Below are positions 25,156-39,857 of a stretch of DNA of 64,000 nt, one piece after another (position 1 is the first letter of the stretch; each line of letters begins with the position of its first letter). Source of the stretch: Basidiobolus meristosporus CBS 931.73. Lineage: Eukaryota > Fungi > Basidiobolomycota. Made by a program: the position numbers and the translations under genes. The notes beneath the pieces are model-generated. The model was given only the letters and a program-made list of their open reading frames with translations. It did not search any database and was not told where the DNA came from. The stretch spans positions 62,001-126,000 of the forward strand of contig MCFE01000067.1 in assembly GCA_002104905.1 (NCBI GenBank), given 5' to 3'.

Positions 25156-28100
25156 GGTCACATACTCTGCAGCAAAATGGAGTAGCAGAATATGCAAATG
25201 GTACGATTGTAAAGATGGGAAGAGCTATGCTACATGATAAGGGAATGAACTACAAAGTTCAGGCTGAATCAGTTGCCACTGTGATATGCATCATGAACAG
25301 ATGCCCATCAAGAGCAATATGTAATCCTATTCTTTCTGAAGCATATACAGGCAAAAAACCAAACCTCCAGCTCCTAAGGATCTTTAGCAGCATTGTTTTT
25401 ATCACATGCCTGACAAAAATGCTCAAGGTTAGAGCCAAATAGTAGGGAAGGGAGCTTTCTTTGGTATTGTGAGGATACTCAAGGGTATAGTGTGTATGAT
25501 GGCAAGATTCTGAAGTTGATCAAGAGCAGGACACTGCATTTGAGGAGAATTCTGATCACAAAGCCGCTGATATTATTGGCCAGCTGCCCAAGGATGTAAT
25601 CAACACTAAGAAATATGACACTTACCTAATTCAGTCAAATACAAAAGATAATTCTAACAGTTCCAGATCAGAGCAGATTATCCTAGTCAGGAAATCTACC
25701 AGAATAAGAAATACCTCTGGATCCTGGTTGTAGACATCTAATGATCATGAGGAAGCTTATCTTGCCATATGTGCCAAACCTCCAAATCTGGGATAGGCAA
25801 TGCCAAGTCCTAAAGCTATTATATGGCAACAAGCCATGCAGAAGTAGTACCAATCACTGATCAGGGCAAAAACATGGGCATTGATAGATTTACCCAGAGG
25901 GAGAAAGCCAATAGGATGTGGATGGGTCCTCAATACTCAAATGGTATCATTGATAAGTGCAAGCCTAGTTTGGTGGCTCAAGGCTTTTCACAGATCCAAG
26001 GACTAGAACAATTGGAAATATTTGTGCTAGACACCAAGTCCAACTCCATTAGGACAGTTCAAGCCTTGGCAGGTGTACATAGTCTAGATCTATATCAAAT
26101 GGACATCACAACAGCCTTTCAAAATAGGGATCTGCAAAAAACTATAAATACAGAGCAAGCAGAAGATTTTACCAAGCCAAAAGACCCCCATCAGGTGTAG
26201 ACCTAGGAAATTGTCATATGGGCTTAAGCAGGCATCTACAGCATGGTACAACAAGATTGATACGTATCTAGATGATATTGGGCTTCTTTGTAGCACTGCA
26301 GATCACAGTAAATGTTAATCAGCTCAAAAAGGGTGTGATCATCAAAGGTATCAATGTGGACAACCTAGTAATAGCTGCATGTGACCTACAGGTACTTACA
26401 CAGACAAGATCAGATCTCTTCAGCCAGTTTGAGATGAGTAAACTTTGAAAATTTAGCTATTTTCTAGGAACTTAAGTCATAATTGACATATGTACACAAG
26501 CAATTGTGCTGAATCAATCCGAATATATCAGGGACATTCTTGGATGCTTCAAAATGGCAAATTGCAAGCCTGCAGCTATCCTCATGGACAATAACCTGAA
26601 ATTGAGCAAATATCAGCCAGTTTCAAGTGAAAAAGGCTCAAATATGGACCAGAAGCTTTGCATTAAATTGGTGGTCAGTAGTCTGATGTACTGGATGGTG
26701 TCTACACATCAAGATATTGCAGTGGCAGTTGGAATAGTTATTAATTCATGCAAAATCATGGCTCAGCTTTAATTAGAGTATTTAAGCAGATTTTCAGATG
26801 TCCACAAGGAACCATAAACATAGTACTGGAATACCCCAGAGCAGCTAAAAGGCAAATATTTGATGGTTATAGTGATTCAGAAGGGGGTAGCAATCTGATT
26901 GAAAGAATCTCTACTATTGGGTATGCATTTCTTTGTGCTTGTGCTGCTATTACTTGGAATTGCAAGAAACAACCAACTGTGGGCCTATTTACAACTGAAG
27001 TTGCATATATGACTGCTTGTCAAGCAATTAAGGAGGCAATATGGCAGCAAAAATTATTCAGAGACATAGGTTTGATACCACTTGAACCAACATGTATTTA
27101 CAAGGATAATATAAGATGTATCTCATTAAACAGAAATCCCACTAATTTGCCAGTGCTAAGCACTTAGATATACAAGACTATTTTGTTGGAGAAGTCAAAG
27201 AAAACAGCTTAAAAGAGTTAGTTTACTGCACAACTGACAAAGTGGTGGCAGATATATTGTTCAAAACTACTATATAGGCCATCATTTGAGGATCTCAGAG
27301 AAGAATTAGGATCAAGAAATTATTTGGTTGATGGCAGGTGTTGAAATATTGAGCTATTTAGTATCACTCAGCAGCCAAAAGCTTACTTAACAATCCTGGA
27401 CTAGTCATGGTCACTGTAGGACAAACTTACAGCCCTAACTATGCCACTTTCTTTTGATCTATGTCTTAATAATGACTTCCCTGTAGTCAAGATCAAAGCA
27501 CTTTTACCAAAACATTATGTACTACCCTTGAAGGTGTTACAAAGTGCACCTAGGTGTCAAGAAGCACTCCTTACTAGGTGCACAGTTGCATTACTTCTAC
27601 AAAGGTATAAATTTTAAGCTTCTATATGAATAGATAAAATATCAACTAATATCAATATATCCAGATAAGTCCTTTTGCCCAAATCACTTCCTAAGCTGCA
27701 TCATGGTCAAATATAACTTGTGTGGCAAAACACTGTCTGTGATCCTTATAATTCTTCTTATGCTGTCTGCATGCTTCACAGTTGAGTGGCATTTGACAAT
27801 AGCCAGATAGTTCTTACTCTCTTCTCTTACAAAATTGATTCAAGGTAGTCTTTGCCATGGAGCAGGCAGATTGACACTCAAGCAATTATTACTATTATAT
27901 CACTTTTTTGTTTACAATCATGTGAATTAAGGACAGTCTTGTAGCTGAGATATTGTACCAACAGCATTAAAGATTTACTGATGATCTGCCATGGTAGCAC
28001 TTGAAACAAAGTTGCGGTAGCAGATACACACATTTATTGAGCACTACTTCTCCATGGTATGACTCATTTAGAGATATGTGGCGCTAAAAAATAAAGAAAA

Positions 28101-30337
28101 GGTGTCTGGTCACTAACCAATCAACCATTGGCAGCAGCAGAAGAAGGGCTATATAACAGCTTGTTTTAACATTGAGTGTAATAAGCATGGCTACATCTAA
28201 AGAAGAGCCATGTTTACAGTATGCCAACTGAAGGCAATAATGCAGACTTCTCAGGCTAGGAGTTAAGTGGGCAAATGAGTATCTCTGCATAGCTGCATGC
28301 CAATCATAATGCTCAGGCAGATGATAACATAGCAAACCTAGTACTCTATGCAACAGTCCAGCAAGTGGGCATCATAAATTAATCACCACCTGTACTGGCA
28401 AGTATATTGTCAACTCATACCTAAGTATCATTGAAGCAACTAGGTATAGTGGCTAATAAGACTGATACAATGACCCAGAGAAGCCAGGAAATAGTACAGA
28501 AAGAGGATAAGCAGATATTATAAGTAGAGCAATCAATATCTCATTTCTCAATGTTACAGCAGAGGAATACCAGACAGCCTTTGAAGCCCAACAACAATGC
28601 CCAAAGATAAAGCCCATAGAAGATTCTATCACAGCATGGGAGGGAGACTATGGCTTTGCTAACCAACCTGAAAATCAAAAGACATTGAAGATTAATGAAG
28701 CCATTTAGCACAATGATGACAAGTAGGCTAATATTCAAGTAGCTGCTAGAAGTCTAGCACTGTATCACCTTAAGGCCCGCATACCATGGGTCCATCAGGA
28801 ACTCAAGGCTAAGCAAAATGTGCTTCACTTGTAAAAGCTGCAATTATAACCAATTAACGCTGTCAGCCCAGAACAAGCTGAAATCCATCATAGCAAAGAA
28901 CAATTATCAGCAAGATATCCAGTGTGTTCTCAAGCGTTGGAATCACAGCCAGTAGAGCTGCACTCAAGTGAGGTAGAAGAGTTTGCAGAGAAAAGCAATT
29001 TGTCTACCACTGCTTCCATGTCCTGCATTATAGATATAGTGAAGATCCTATCAGCAGACAGATCAATAATATCAAGAATTCATAAGACTATTACAATTCC
29101 TAAAGTTAGGCTTTAGACCACTAATAAGCACACCATGATATTACAGTACTTCTTTCAGAGCAATGGTCAAGAAGAATGCACTTGGATTTTGCAAGGACTT
29201 ATTCCAAATACTGGCAGATAAGGTGTTAGACTTGGCAGTACTGGCTGAAAACCATGATGAATGGGAATTGTTGAGTGGACAGTGGCCTAAAATTGCTGCG
29301 TTTTTGCCAAAGTCATAGACAAAGGGCATTACAGCAGAAATACCTATTGAATGATGGATTTAGATAGATCTATTTGCTGATGTGGGGTTGGGCTCAATAT
29401 TTGTGTTGTGTATAAGGACATGCATCAATATATACAATTAGCAATAGAGTTACAACTGAATTTTAATGCAAACAAATCAAGTTGTGAGCATGAAAAGTAA
29501 GAGGATTGATTGTGTCAGGAAGTAAGGAGCGCAAAAAAAGGCAATAGCCAATCAATGTTTATATGCATAGGAGGTGATTGAGTGTCTGGGATCAGAAAGT
29601 GAGAGAACTGGCAGAGGGCCAACCAGAGGCCACTAATGCATTGTTGTGATGGCAAATTTTGATCAAGTATTTTGTTAAATCTGGGGTGCAATTATTTGCC
29701 AATAGTCTTGTCACAGTGCCCTGACAGGATCAATACCTCTTAATCTTGGGAATTTCATTTTATAATGGCTGACCTGTTCTTCTTGTGGTACCACTGCAGA
29801 ACTGCATCTGCCATTAAGAGGCTGCATAATGTAACTTGCTTTTGGGAGCAATCCCCTTAGCTCTGAAAGCCTGTTCAATCTGGAAGTGCCAAGTTACCAG
29901 GTTTTCATTGACTCTACCATGGTACTGGTTGACCAGCACACCAAAGTTGATATAAGAGTTGTAGAAGAATAGGGAGTTTAGCTAGTAATGTATTCACTAA
30001 AACTTGAACTGACTTTGAGGTACCTGCAGCTCCTTGTATACATTTTGCTAGATCAATTGCCGACTAATTGTATTTACCAATGTAGGATGTGGCTGATGCC
30101 TCATTTGATTGCATTGTCATCACCCAATAAGATCCCTCTTAATATATCTATTTCTGTCTGATAAGGATCTGCAGATTTGTTTGCTGACTAATGCTACTGA
30201 TTTGATAGATAATACTGATATACTGATAAGCTAAACATATAACCAATTGATTTGACTAAAAACTGATCTAACTTAAAAATTCAAGCAGCAGATCAAAACA
30301 TTTCCCCCTACTCAAGTTAAGAGGGTTCTCCTGAATC

Positions 30338-33300
30338 TCATTTCTTGTGATACCAATATCTTGATGGTCCAGTATTATCAGCAAGTCTTGCAAGCTTGAG
30401 TCTGTCCCTATGTACTCAGTCTTCCTGGATATTGCCTTGTTTGTCTACCAGTTGGTAAGTTGCAAATAGATATTCTCTGATGATCTTGAATGGTCCTGTC
30501 CATTGCGGCTCAAACTTCTTCCAAGTGTTGTTTCTTAGCAATACAAAGTTCCCAACTGTCAATGCTTCTGGTGCTATAGTCTTATCAAATCTCTGATTCA
30601 TCTTTTCTGCACTATGAGATACTATGATCTATGCCTCTTGACATCTTTGTTCCAGTTGCTGGTGTCTACTTGGCTGACTGAGTTCATCTTCTAAGGTATC
30701 TGTAAGCTTTGGTTGGGTAAGATCTCCTGGAATCCTTGGTTCACATCCATATACTAAGTGAAATGGCAATTGTTGGGTGGTGTAGTGTACTGGGACTCTG
30801 CATGCAAAGGGTGCTTGATCTATATACTCATCCCATCTACTGACAACCCCATTTGCATACTTGGTCAGCATTTTTCCAAATAATCCATGAAACCATTCAG
30901 TGACTCCAATAGTTCTGGGGTGATATGCCAAGGTTTTCAAGTGTTTTGGCTGCTGCATTTCCAGGTAACCTTCCAAAGTCTTTGCCATAAATCTTGCACC
31001 ACTGTGAGATAGAATCTCTACAGGGCATCCAAACTTCATAAGTATCTTATGGTAGATGAACCTTGCAACTACTTGCTCACTGGCTATAGGTACAGCTTTA
31101 GCCACTGGCCATTTAGTGGCATGGTCAATTGCTACTAGGATCCAATGGTTGTATTTCCAGGTAGTTGGCAGTCTTCCAATAAAGTCAATTCCCCATCTTT
31201 CAAATGGTCTTACAGGCTCCAAGAGAAGCAGTTCAGCAATTCTCTGTGGTTGGCCTTGGTTGATTTGGCAATTTGGGCATCTTTTCACTAGCTTCTCAGT
31301 GTCATGTTTCATTCTGGGCCACCATGCTCTGGCTTTCACAAGCTTATAAGTTCCTTCAATTCCAAGATGTCCATATCTAATGTGTATCTTATGTATTAAA
31401 TCCGGGTGAGCAACACAAGGGCAATAGGCAATAGGGCTTCCATCAACAATTTGGTAGAGTGTTTAATCCTGTACTACAAATATGCTGGCTTCATCCCAGA
31501 TTATCTTGTTGATATCTTCATCCACCTCATTAGGCATGGCCTGGTCCTCCAAATAAGTTGGTAATAGGCTAGGCCAATCCAATTCATGCACCAAGTTGAG
31601 TTGTGCAACTTGTTCTAATCTTGATAAGGTGTCAGCAACCATGTTGTTTTTCCCAGGGCAGCAGATAATATCCAAATCAAATTGCTGAATGTATTCACTC
31701 CATCTTGTCATTCTTCTAGAGAGTACCTTCTGAGTAAATATATACTTGAGGGAGACATGATCAGTCTTCACCATTGTGGTTATGTATAGGTCCAAGGGAG
31801 AGATATGTCCAACAACTCTCAAGTGTTATGTGTGTTGGGTGTTCACTGGGTGCAATAGCCTCTGGCAAAAGCTTGCTAGGAATACCTGGGTTCTGTGTCT
31901 AATCTGATGTGAAGGGGAATAAAGCCACAAGCTTGTCAAGGGAAAACTATTGAGCTACAATCCCCAACTTAGTTGGTGTCTTAACAAAAGTATGTGCTGG
32001 GCTCAGCGTCCTCTGAGAAGACAATATACTAAAGCTTCCAGAGTCAAAACAACTGTAAACTTCACCAGCAGGGACTAGATAAGAATGCAGCTGTGGTCAA
32101 TAGTTAGAAAGACAGAAAAGTATCTTTGTCTGTACAAGAACAAACTTGGGAAAGAATCAAATATGATAAAAGATACCTACTCTGAGTATTCCTCACAAGT
32201 AGTCCCTCCAAGGTCAGTTGGCTGTCAGCATGGTTTCCTGGGAGTGTCCTGTGGTCTGGGGTTGGAAGTTCAGGTGGCAGCAGGTAGTAGTGAGCACACT
32301 GATCAACAAGTTAGAATATTGACAAAAGGGATGATGGTTTATTGTTGAGGGATAGCCTCCCTTATATACTTTTCTTACTGGCTAAGTGATTACTAATCAT
32401 GGTGTTCCAGAAGGTTCTGGATATCAATAGAAATCTTAATGACATCAGAATGACCTAAGAATGTTCTAAGTAGGTGCTGCAAGGTTCTAAGAGGCACAGC
32501 ACATCCAACCAATCAGGAATTAGTATTCTGATACATGTGTAACATAGGGATACTGTATCTGGTATGGAAATGGTAGGGATGGTGATGCAGGTTGATCATG
32601 TGTCACAGGTACTGGTGTGGGTACTTGCCCAATATAGAAGCACTTATAGCTAGTAATCTTACAAAAAGTGAGGGGTAACTTATGCAATAAGGTAAGCAGG
32701 TGTGATAGTCAACTGGCTTATGGGATAGTACTGATCAGGTAAGACAAATGGGATGAAACTAAAATAAGTGTAGTAGAGATGAAGGGAAGTAGAAAATAGG
32801 GAAATGAGCACATCTGTCAGGGGGTGTCACTGTCACACCACTACACCATGCATTTGACTCCTTCAATATAGCATCTCCGTGTCTTCAAGCAGTGTATTAT
32901 AGCAAGCATCTCCTTCTCATGCACTGAATAGTTTTGTTCTGCTGAGTTCAGCTTCTTGGATTCAAAGACTACTGGGTGGTCCTTTCCCTTGTGTTCTTGG
33001 CTCAGTACTCCACCAATTGCATAATCTGAAGCATCTGTGCACAGAGTAAACTCTTCTCTGAAGTCAGGTATTCTTAAGCTTGGTAGCTTAGCAAGTCATT
33101 CTTGAGCATCTGGAAGGCAGTCTCACAAGCTATGTACCACTTGTAGGTATTGTCTTACTTGAGGATATCAGTTAAAGGGGCTGCAATACTTGCTAAGGAC
33201 TTAACAAATCCTCAATAATAGGAAACCATTCCTAGGAATGATTTGAGTTCTAACATATGATGCGGCTGATTCAGAATCTTGATAACTGCAGCCTTCTTAG

Positions 33301-35516
33301 GGTCTAAAGTTACTCCTGTGCTAGTCACCATGTGTCCCAGATATTCAACGTGTTCCTTGAAGAATTCACACTTGGGTAGCTTGCCAAAAAGCTTGTTCTC
33401 ACTTGGCTTCTTCAAGACCTTTTCAATGTGCATCAAGTGATCTTCTTCTATCTTGCTTTATATCTATATATCATCTAGGTAGATTATCACAAACTTGTCT
33501 AAGTACCCCTGGAAGACAGTCTGCATCAAGGTCATGAATGTTGCAGGGGCATTGGTGAGGCCAAAACTCATGACTAAGTACATGTAATGTCCATACCTGA
33601 TCCTGCATGCTATCTTAGGGATATCTTCTGGCTTTGACCTAATCTGGTTGTATCCTGACATGAGGTCAATCTTGCAGACAATAATGGCTCCATTGAGTTG
33701 GTCCAAAAGCTCATCAATCTAAGGTATGGGGTACTTATTCTTCATAGTAACTGAATTGAAGACTCTGTAGTCAATACACATTCTAAGTGTCCCATCTTTC
33801 TTCTTTACAAAATGTACTGGTCTCCCCAAGGTGACTTGCTGGGCTGATATATCCTTGCTCCCATGGCTGATCTATTTGTCACTTCATCTCTTCCAACTCC
33901 AATGGACTCATTCTGTAAGGTGTCTTACTCACTGGAGGGCTATCTCCTGTTTCAATGGCATGATCCATGTCTCTGACTGGTGTTAGGCTTACAAGCTCAT
34001 CTGGAAATATGTCTGATTATTCCTTCACAAGATAATGGACCTTCTGGGGTACTGGAGCAGAGGAATCCTCCCTTAATAATGCCATGAGGAACATCTGGGT
34101 GCCTTTTCTTAATGCTCTACAGAACTGTGTCTTGCTAAGCTCACTTGTTTCACACACACTGGAATTGACCAAGTTAAAATCCAGTCTGGCAGGTAATAGC
34201 TCATAGATCTTGTTGTCCTTCTGGATCTGAGTAGCATGGGTTCTCCAGTTGATTGATGGATTACAACAAAATAGCCAGGTTTTCCCAAGTACAAGGTCAA
34301 ACTTGCAGTTCCCAAATATATAGGCCTGTAGATCTTCTTCATAGTCATTGATCTTCATCCTTACTGGCTGAGTAATATGGTGGATTATTTGAGAGTTCCC
34401 ATCAGCTGTTGAAACTGAAGTTGATTTGGTGAGTTCCAAGTTGATTCCAGCTTTCAAAGCAAATTGCTCAGACATGTACTCATGTAATGCTCTTGAGTCA
34501 ATCATGATCCTGGCAGGTACTTCATTGATTACTCCATTCAAGTATAATAGCTTTCCTGAGTCTGAGGTCATCTGGGATAGGTATTCTTTAGTCATATGGA
34601 AGGTGAGTTCTGAGTCTTCTTCAAGTTCATCCTCCATGTTACTATGCTCCAAGGCCTCAAAATGGTTAAAGGTTCTAGATGGCTGGTGACCATTGCTCCT
34701 CTGAAGGCAAAACTTTGCAATATGTCCCTGCTGGTGGCAATTGAAGCAAAGTTCTTTTTTCTTACATTCTTCTGAGGTAGGATTCTTCTGCATAGCATCT
34801 ATTTCCTTTGGCACTGCTGCTAATTGTCTTCCTTCATAGTGATTGTAGCCTCTCTGATTAGTCATTGTGGGCTTCCCAACTCCAACCATAGCTGAGTCAT
34901 AGTCAACGGCAATCTTGATGGTTTCCTCAATAATCTGAGGTCTTCAATAACTCACTTCTTTATGAGTTCTTTCTTTCAACCCATCAATAAAGCATTCAAC
35001 TTGATCTGGAGAGTCCATTCTTTCAATCTGCTCAAGTAAACATCTATATTCCTAGATGTACTCTTGGACCATTCCTTTCTGTCAGAGTGTCTTCAACTTT
35101 GTTCTTATAAGTGTCTGTCAGTGTGGGGGCTCAAAGGCATCCTGAATTTCCAACACAAACTCATCCCAGGTAGAGATTGTAGAGCATCACATCATGGTGG
35201 CTGAGCTGATCTTGTTATAGTACCACTGTAAAGCTGCATTCTCCAGGTAAGATGCTGCATAGTGTAACTTGCGCTCTTAAGCTATTCCCTTAGCCTTGAA
35301 AGCTTCTTCATTCTGGAAGAGCCAAGTTCCCAGGTTTTCAATGACTCTACCATGGTACTGGTTGACCTTCACACTAAAGTTGCTCTTAATAGGGCTTTGC
35401 AGGCTTTGGGCCATGGTAGTCATTCCTTGTTGCAGCTGGCTAAGGATCTGGAGTAGCTGTTGCTGCTGGGCTAGGATTTGCTGCATAGCATTCTTCCATT
35501 CTTGATTTTTGGACAT
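30338..35516 (-). pseudogene. Gypsy gag-pol remnant (gag, Zn knuckle, PR, RT, RNase H, IN)
   Basis: [87 protein letters not shown]. No chromodomain seen after the GPF motif. Confidence 0.92.
31775..32845 (+). mobile_element. 1.07-kb solo LTR (TGTGGT...ACTACA), TSD CCAT, inserted in the gypsy RNase H region
   Basis: CCAT at 31771-31774 and 32846-32849; homologous to 46587-47655 and 55303-56373. Confidence 0.85.
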
Positions 35517-38500
35517 CTTGAGGGAGGCTTATTCTTTCTTCAGGAGGGATGTTTCTGATTATTGCTGCTACCAATGTTACCAGTCTTGGTATAAGAGTTG
35601 TAGAGAAATAGGGGGTTTAGCCAGTATTGTACTCACTAAAATTTGAACTGCTTTTTACTGAGGTTCCAGCAGCTGGTTATATACATTTTGCCAGATCAAT
35701 TGCTCATTAATTGTATTTCCTAATGTAGGCTATGGCTGATGACTCATTTGATTGCATCATCATCACCCAATAAGATCCCACTTAATTTATCTAATTCCGT
35801 CTGATAAGGATCTGCTGATTCATTTACTAACTAATGCTACTGAATTGATAGATAATACTGATATACTGATAAGCTAAACATATAACTAATTAATTTGACT
35901 AAAAACTGATCTAACTTAAACATTCAAGCAGCAGATCATAACAATAACAGCCTTTGAACTGGGGCAATTACAGTTATATGTCATAGGAGAAGCTCTACTG
36001 GCTGTGCTTCCAAATCTTGTGAAAGCAACAGTAATCTTCTTAAGGTTTGTCTTGGCTGTGGGGCAAATGTACCTACACTTGGCTGATGGCTTTAGTTGTT
36101 GTAACTTGAGCTCCTCTCTGAGGCTTCCTTGACTCCAGCTGGGGTTGGTAATTCTTTCACCTTATCTTTATTACTGCTGAATGCTGAATGCTCACTGCTA
36201 CTTTAAGTGAGTTCTTATTATATTGTGCCTTGTTTTCTCCCATGTAGACACTGCACTGGTGAATTCATTTTGCCTACTTGTCCCTTTCCTACATTCTTCC
36301 AACTAACAGGCACTTCTTTACCACTTGCTTTGAGCTTTCAACCTTGCTTATGACAGGTTTTTGAGGCAGCCAAAGGTTCTGAGCCAAAGCACCTTTAGTC
36401 TTCTGCCTTTGATGGTTTCTGCGGTTCCTGAGGTACTTTCTTTGCATACCAATGTAGGCCCAAAATCTGTTTGCTAACTTAAAGCCAGGATTATGTTCAT
36501 GGAATAGATTAAGCACATTGTGCTAGGCCTTGAGCTTCTGAAGGCCCCTGGTGTGCTGGCCTTTAGTTGATAGTGTGCTAAACTCATTATAACCTCTTGA
36601 AAATTGGCTCACTCTTTGTCTTTGCATTTTGCTACTTAATATATATTACATATTTTTACTTTTTGGCTAGGTAAAGAGATCACATTCTCCCCCTGATGCT
36701 ATGTGAGGTTATTCTGTGGGCTTTCCATCTGGCTACATTTGTTGTGCTTCAGAGACTGTACAATTCTCCACTGCCATAATACTGAGCTACTTGGATTCCC
36801 TCTTTGCAGCCTAGATACTGTGTTCCCTACTTTGCATACTGATTGCTCTACATGTATTTTATGATCATACTGTCTCTGTACTATATCCTGGCAACTATAA
36901 CCGCATTAATCCCATTTGTTACTGATTCATTGGTAAAACCTGGCAGAAAACTTGTATTACTGGTGGTGGTTATGTATGCCAGTCATTTGCTAGTCCCTCA
37001 CCAGAGATTCTGTGTTATCTAGCTTCCATCTGCCTGATCATTATGCCCAGTTTGCAGCTCCACAGGTACTCTTAATTATCTACTGACTATATCCACAAGT
37101 GTTTGCATACATGCCTTCATTAGACACTATCAAATAGATTATTTTGATAGTAGCCCTACTTATTGCTCTGAATGTCATAGCAAGCTACTGTACAGTTGTT
37201 GTTTGGCTACTCTTAGCAGTGCAGCTTGGGTGGGTTCCAGTTACCTTTGCTGTCTTTTCATGTGGCATATATATGGGTCAAACAAAATGGAACTCAGAGT
37301 TACGTAAGCATGTGTTTGTAGTGGCATGGCTTAGTATATAATGCTTATCATGGTGGGCAATCATTGAATCCTACATTCACTCAGGTGCAGTGTATTAAAT
37401 ACAAGATTGTCTAATAACCACTTGAGTACTGACAAAAAGTGATATTATAGTGTTTGGTTGCCAAGTGTCAAGCTGTTTGGCCCATGGAGAAGGCTTCTCT
37501 GATTAAATGCTATAAGAGAAGGGAAATACAACCATGTTGCTATTCAACAAGCATCTCAGCCATGAAGTGTGTAGAGAGCATAAAAAGGATTACAAGCTTC
37601 ATGACCAGTGTGTTGCAATATGTACCATATTTGAGCATCCATCAGTCACTACTGTTTCAAGAATAGCTTGCTTTCACTTGATAGTTCTATAATGGGACCT
37701 AGCCCAGACTGTTCCTGGTAAGCTTATGACACCTTTTGGCTAACCTGATTCTTCTGTATTTGTCCATAGAGTATTAACTCTGGAGACAAAGGCTCACTGA
37801 TGGATTTTGTGCCTATTTCCCCTTACATTGGTACCTTACGTGAGCCCAACAAAATCAAAACATGCAATAAGACAACATCCTTGGACTGAAATGACAAGGA
37901 TACTCTCTGGAGCCAACTGAGCAGAGTAGTCCATTGACTGGCAAATGATGCAATGCTGCAACTAGAGAAATGGCATGTATCCACCAATATCAGTAATAGG
38001 TGCTTTCAGGACCTACTACTACATCCAGCCAAAGTCAATCTGGGATGCAATATACAATGTGCTTGCTGAAAGTTAAAAAAAATTGTGCAGCAGGAAACAT
38101 ATGATCTAGATACTGTTCAAGAACCAGTGTGTATTAGTAGTTGCATGGTACTCAAAACTCAACATGCCACAAGTTAAAGGACTTCAGCTTGTCAGGTATC
38201 CACCACCACAAGAGGAAAGTATTGTTCATACTATATATATATTCCAGTTATACAATAGTTAAAGTAGTTCAAATAGTCTAACAAATATTGTAAAACTCTG
38301 GAGTACCAAGCCCAGTATCTGTCAAGCCCAAAAATTTGCAACATATCTGATGGCAAACATTACAAACAGCCAAGATGCAAGGGATATATTGAAGGTATCT
38401 ACAACTATATCTATAACTTGCTACTTGATGGATTCTCACTGAACAAGTACTCTGCCAGTAAATCCTGCTGGCCATTGACTTTGATTAACCAGGATCTGCT

Positions 38501-39857
38501 GCAGAGACTGTATCAGAGCTAAAGTCTCATAGTAGCATCACTGATATCTGGACCTAATTCCCTGTTCAACCTGCATAGCTACCTGAATTTGTTGCTGAAT
38601 GAGCTCAGTGTACTATCCAGTGAGATACTTATGTATAGACATTATGTCAAAGTACACATTATTGTACACACTGGAGATACCACAGCCATTAGCAAGATAG
38701 CAAGCTTTTCTGGGCACAATAAAATCTGTTGCTGTTAGATTTGTGAGATCAAGTGGACTTACTCCATAAGTCACACACATTTTTACAGTCCAGACACCAA
38801 TACTAAGAGCATCATCCTCCCACAGAGAGAACACACAATAGTCAGCATGCAATTGTTCAAATCTGCAAGCTTTAGGTCATTTATTAGAATACAGAATTAA
38901 TCAAAAGCCAGAGCTACCTATGTTGGAGGGAATCTTTTGGAGCAAAAGCCTATTGCTGGGAGTATTGCATTTGCACCTCAACAATTTCCCATACTAATGG
39001 CAAAGTTGTAAATGGGGCTTTGAGCTAATTGAGTCATTTGAGGTACGTGAGTAATCTGAAATAATTGACAAGAGATTGCTGACTATCTGCTACCCAAAGT
39101 ACTTCCTACAAGCTTCATGTAGTCTTTGTACACTTATACAGAGATGATAGTTCAAGTGCTGCATGAGTTGGATATGATATTATCAAGTGGCCTTTGGAAT
39201 CAATTTCTACCAAGAGTATGTTGGAAGCATTGACAATCATATGCTGTCAGAGTAGGAATATTTCTCTGGAAGCAGGTTGCTAATGCCAATTTGGCACATC
39301 TACAGCTTTTATGTGAAAGTTTGTAACAAAATTTGGGCTTCTATACAACTAGTGCAAAGTTGAGAGCACAGGTTCCTACTACTACTACATTCATTCTACC
39401 CCATCTTGCTTGATGTGTAGAGAATATGCAACCTTGCTTGATCTTTTGAGAGTTTCCTACACAATAGATGTGTGGATGATAAGAAAGCAAGTCAGTGGGC
39501 AAGTACAACTGTATGCTTACCTCATCAAAAATATTACCTTCAAGTCTATTGTTGAGGGGTCATAGTGCAACCCACTAGCAAGTGTGCTTATTCACATAGG
39601 CACTTGTTCCCTACTTCTATATCACCTTTATTCTAGCTTTATCCAATCTTTCTTATTGTATTGTACTATCCTGTAGGCCAGCTAACTATCATAGCACCTA
39701 TTTTATTCCATAATTTCTTCTTCATGTTTGAGTATGTTAAAATAATGAATTATTTGGTATCATTCAACAGCTAAAAACTTACTTAACAATTCTGGGCCAG
39801 TGTTGGTCATTGTGGACTAATGTACAGCCCTAACTTTGCCACTTTCTTCTTATATAT

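Larger units (their letters stand above)
23643..27703 (+). mobile_element. Ty1/copia family 1 element with both LTRs (23643-24007, 27339-27703), degenerate and internally deleted
   Basis: 5-bp TSD TGGTC at 23638-23642 and 27704-27708; PBS GGTTATGAGCCC at 24008; gag KFDGKNYRFWQIKMQ; RT and RNase H remnants. Confidence 0.92.
29766..35943 (-). mobile_element. Ty3/gypsy element 2 (5' LTR 35575-35943, 3' LTR about 29949-30300) plus an extra gag fragment beyond the 3' LTR
   Basis: PBS TTGGTAGCAG follows the 5' LTR; PPT GAGTAGGGGGAAA precedes the 3' LTR. Probable TSD ATAA at 29762-29765 and 35944-35947. Confidence 0.88.
21710..35988. mobile_element. Nested CACTA-family element with both termini (CCCTATGAAAA...TGTCATAGGA) and TSD GAA
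   Basis: GAA at 21707-21709 and 35989-35991. Transposase (-) 21750-23640 plus 27709-27830; ORF2 (+) about 28070-29460. Confidence 0.75.

Noticed and set aside
30301-30420. Chromodomain at the gypsy integrase C-terminus
   Set aside because: The frame ends shortly after the GPF motif (VHRDRLKLA...RYWYHKK*) with no chromodomain motif.
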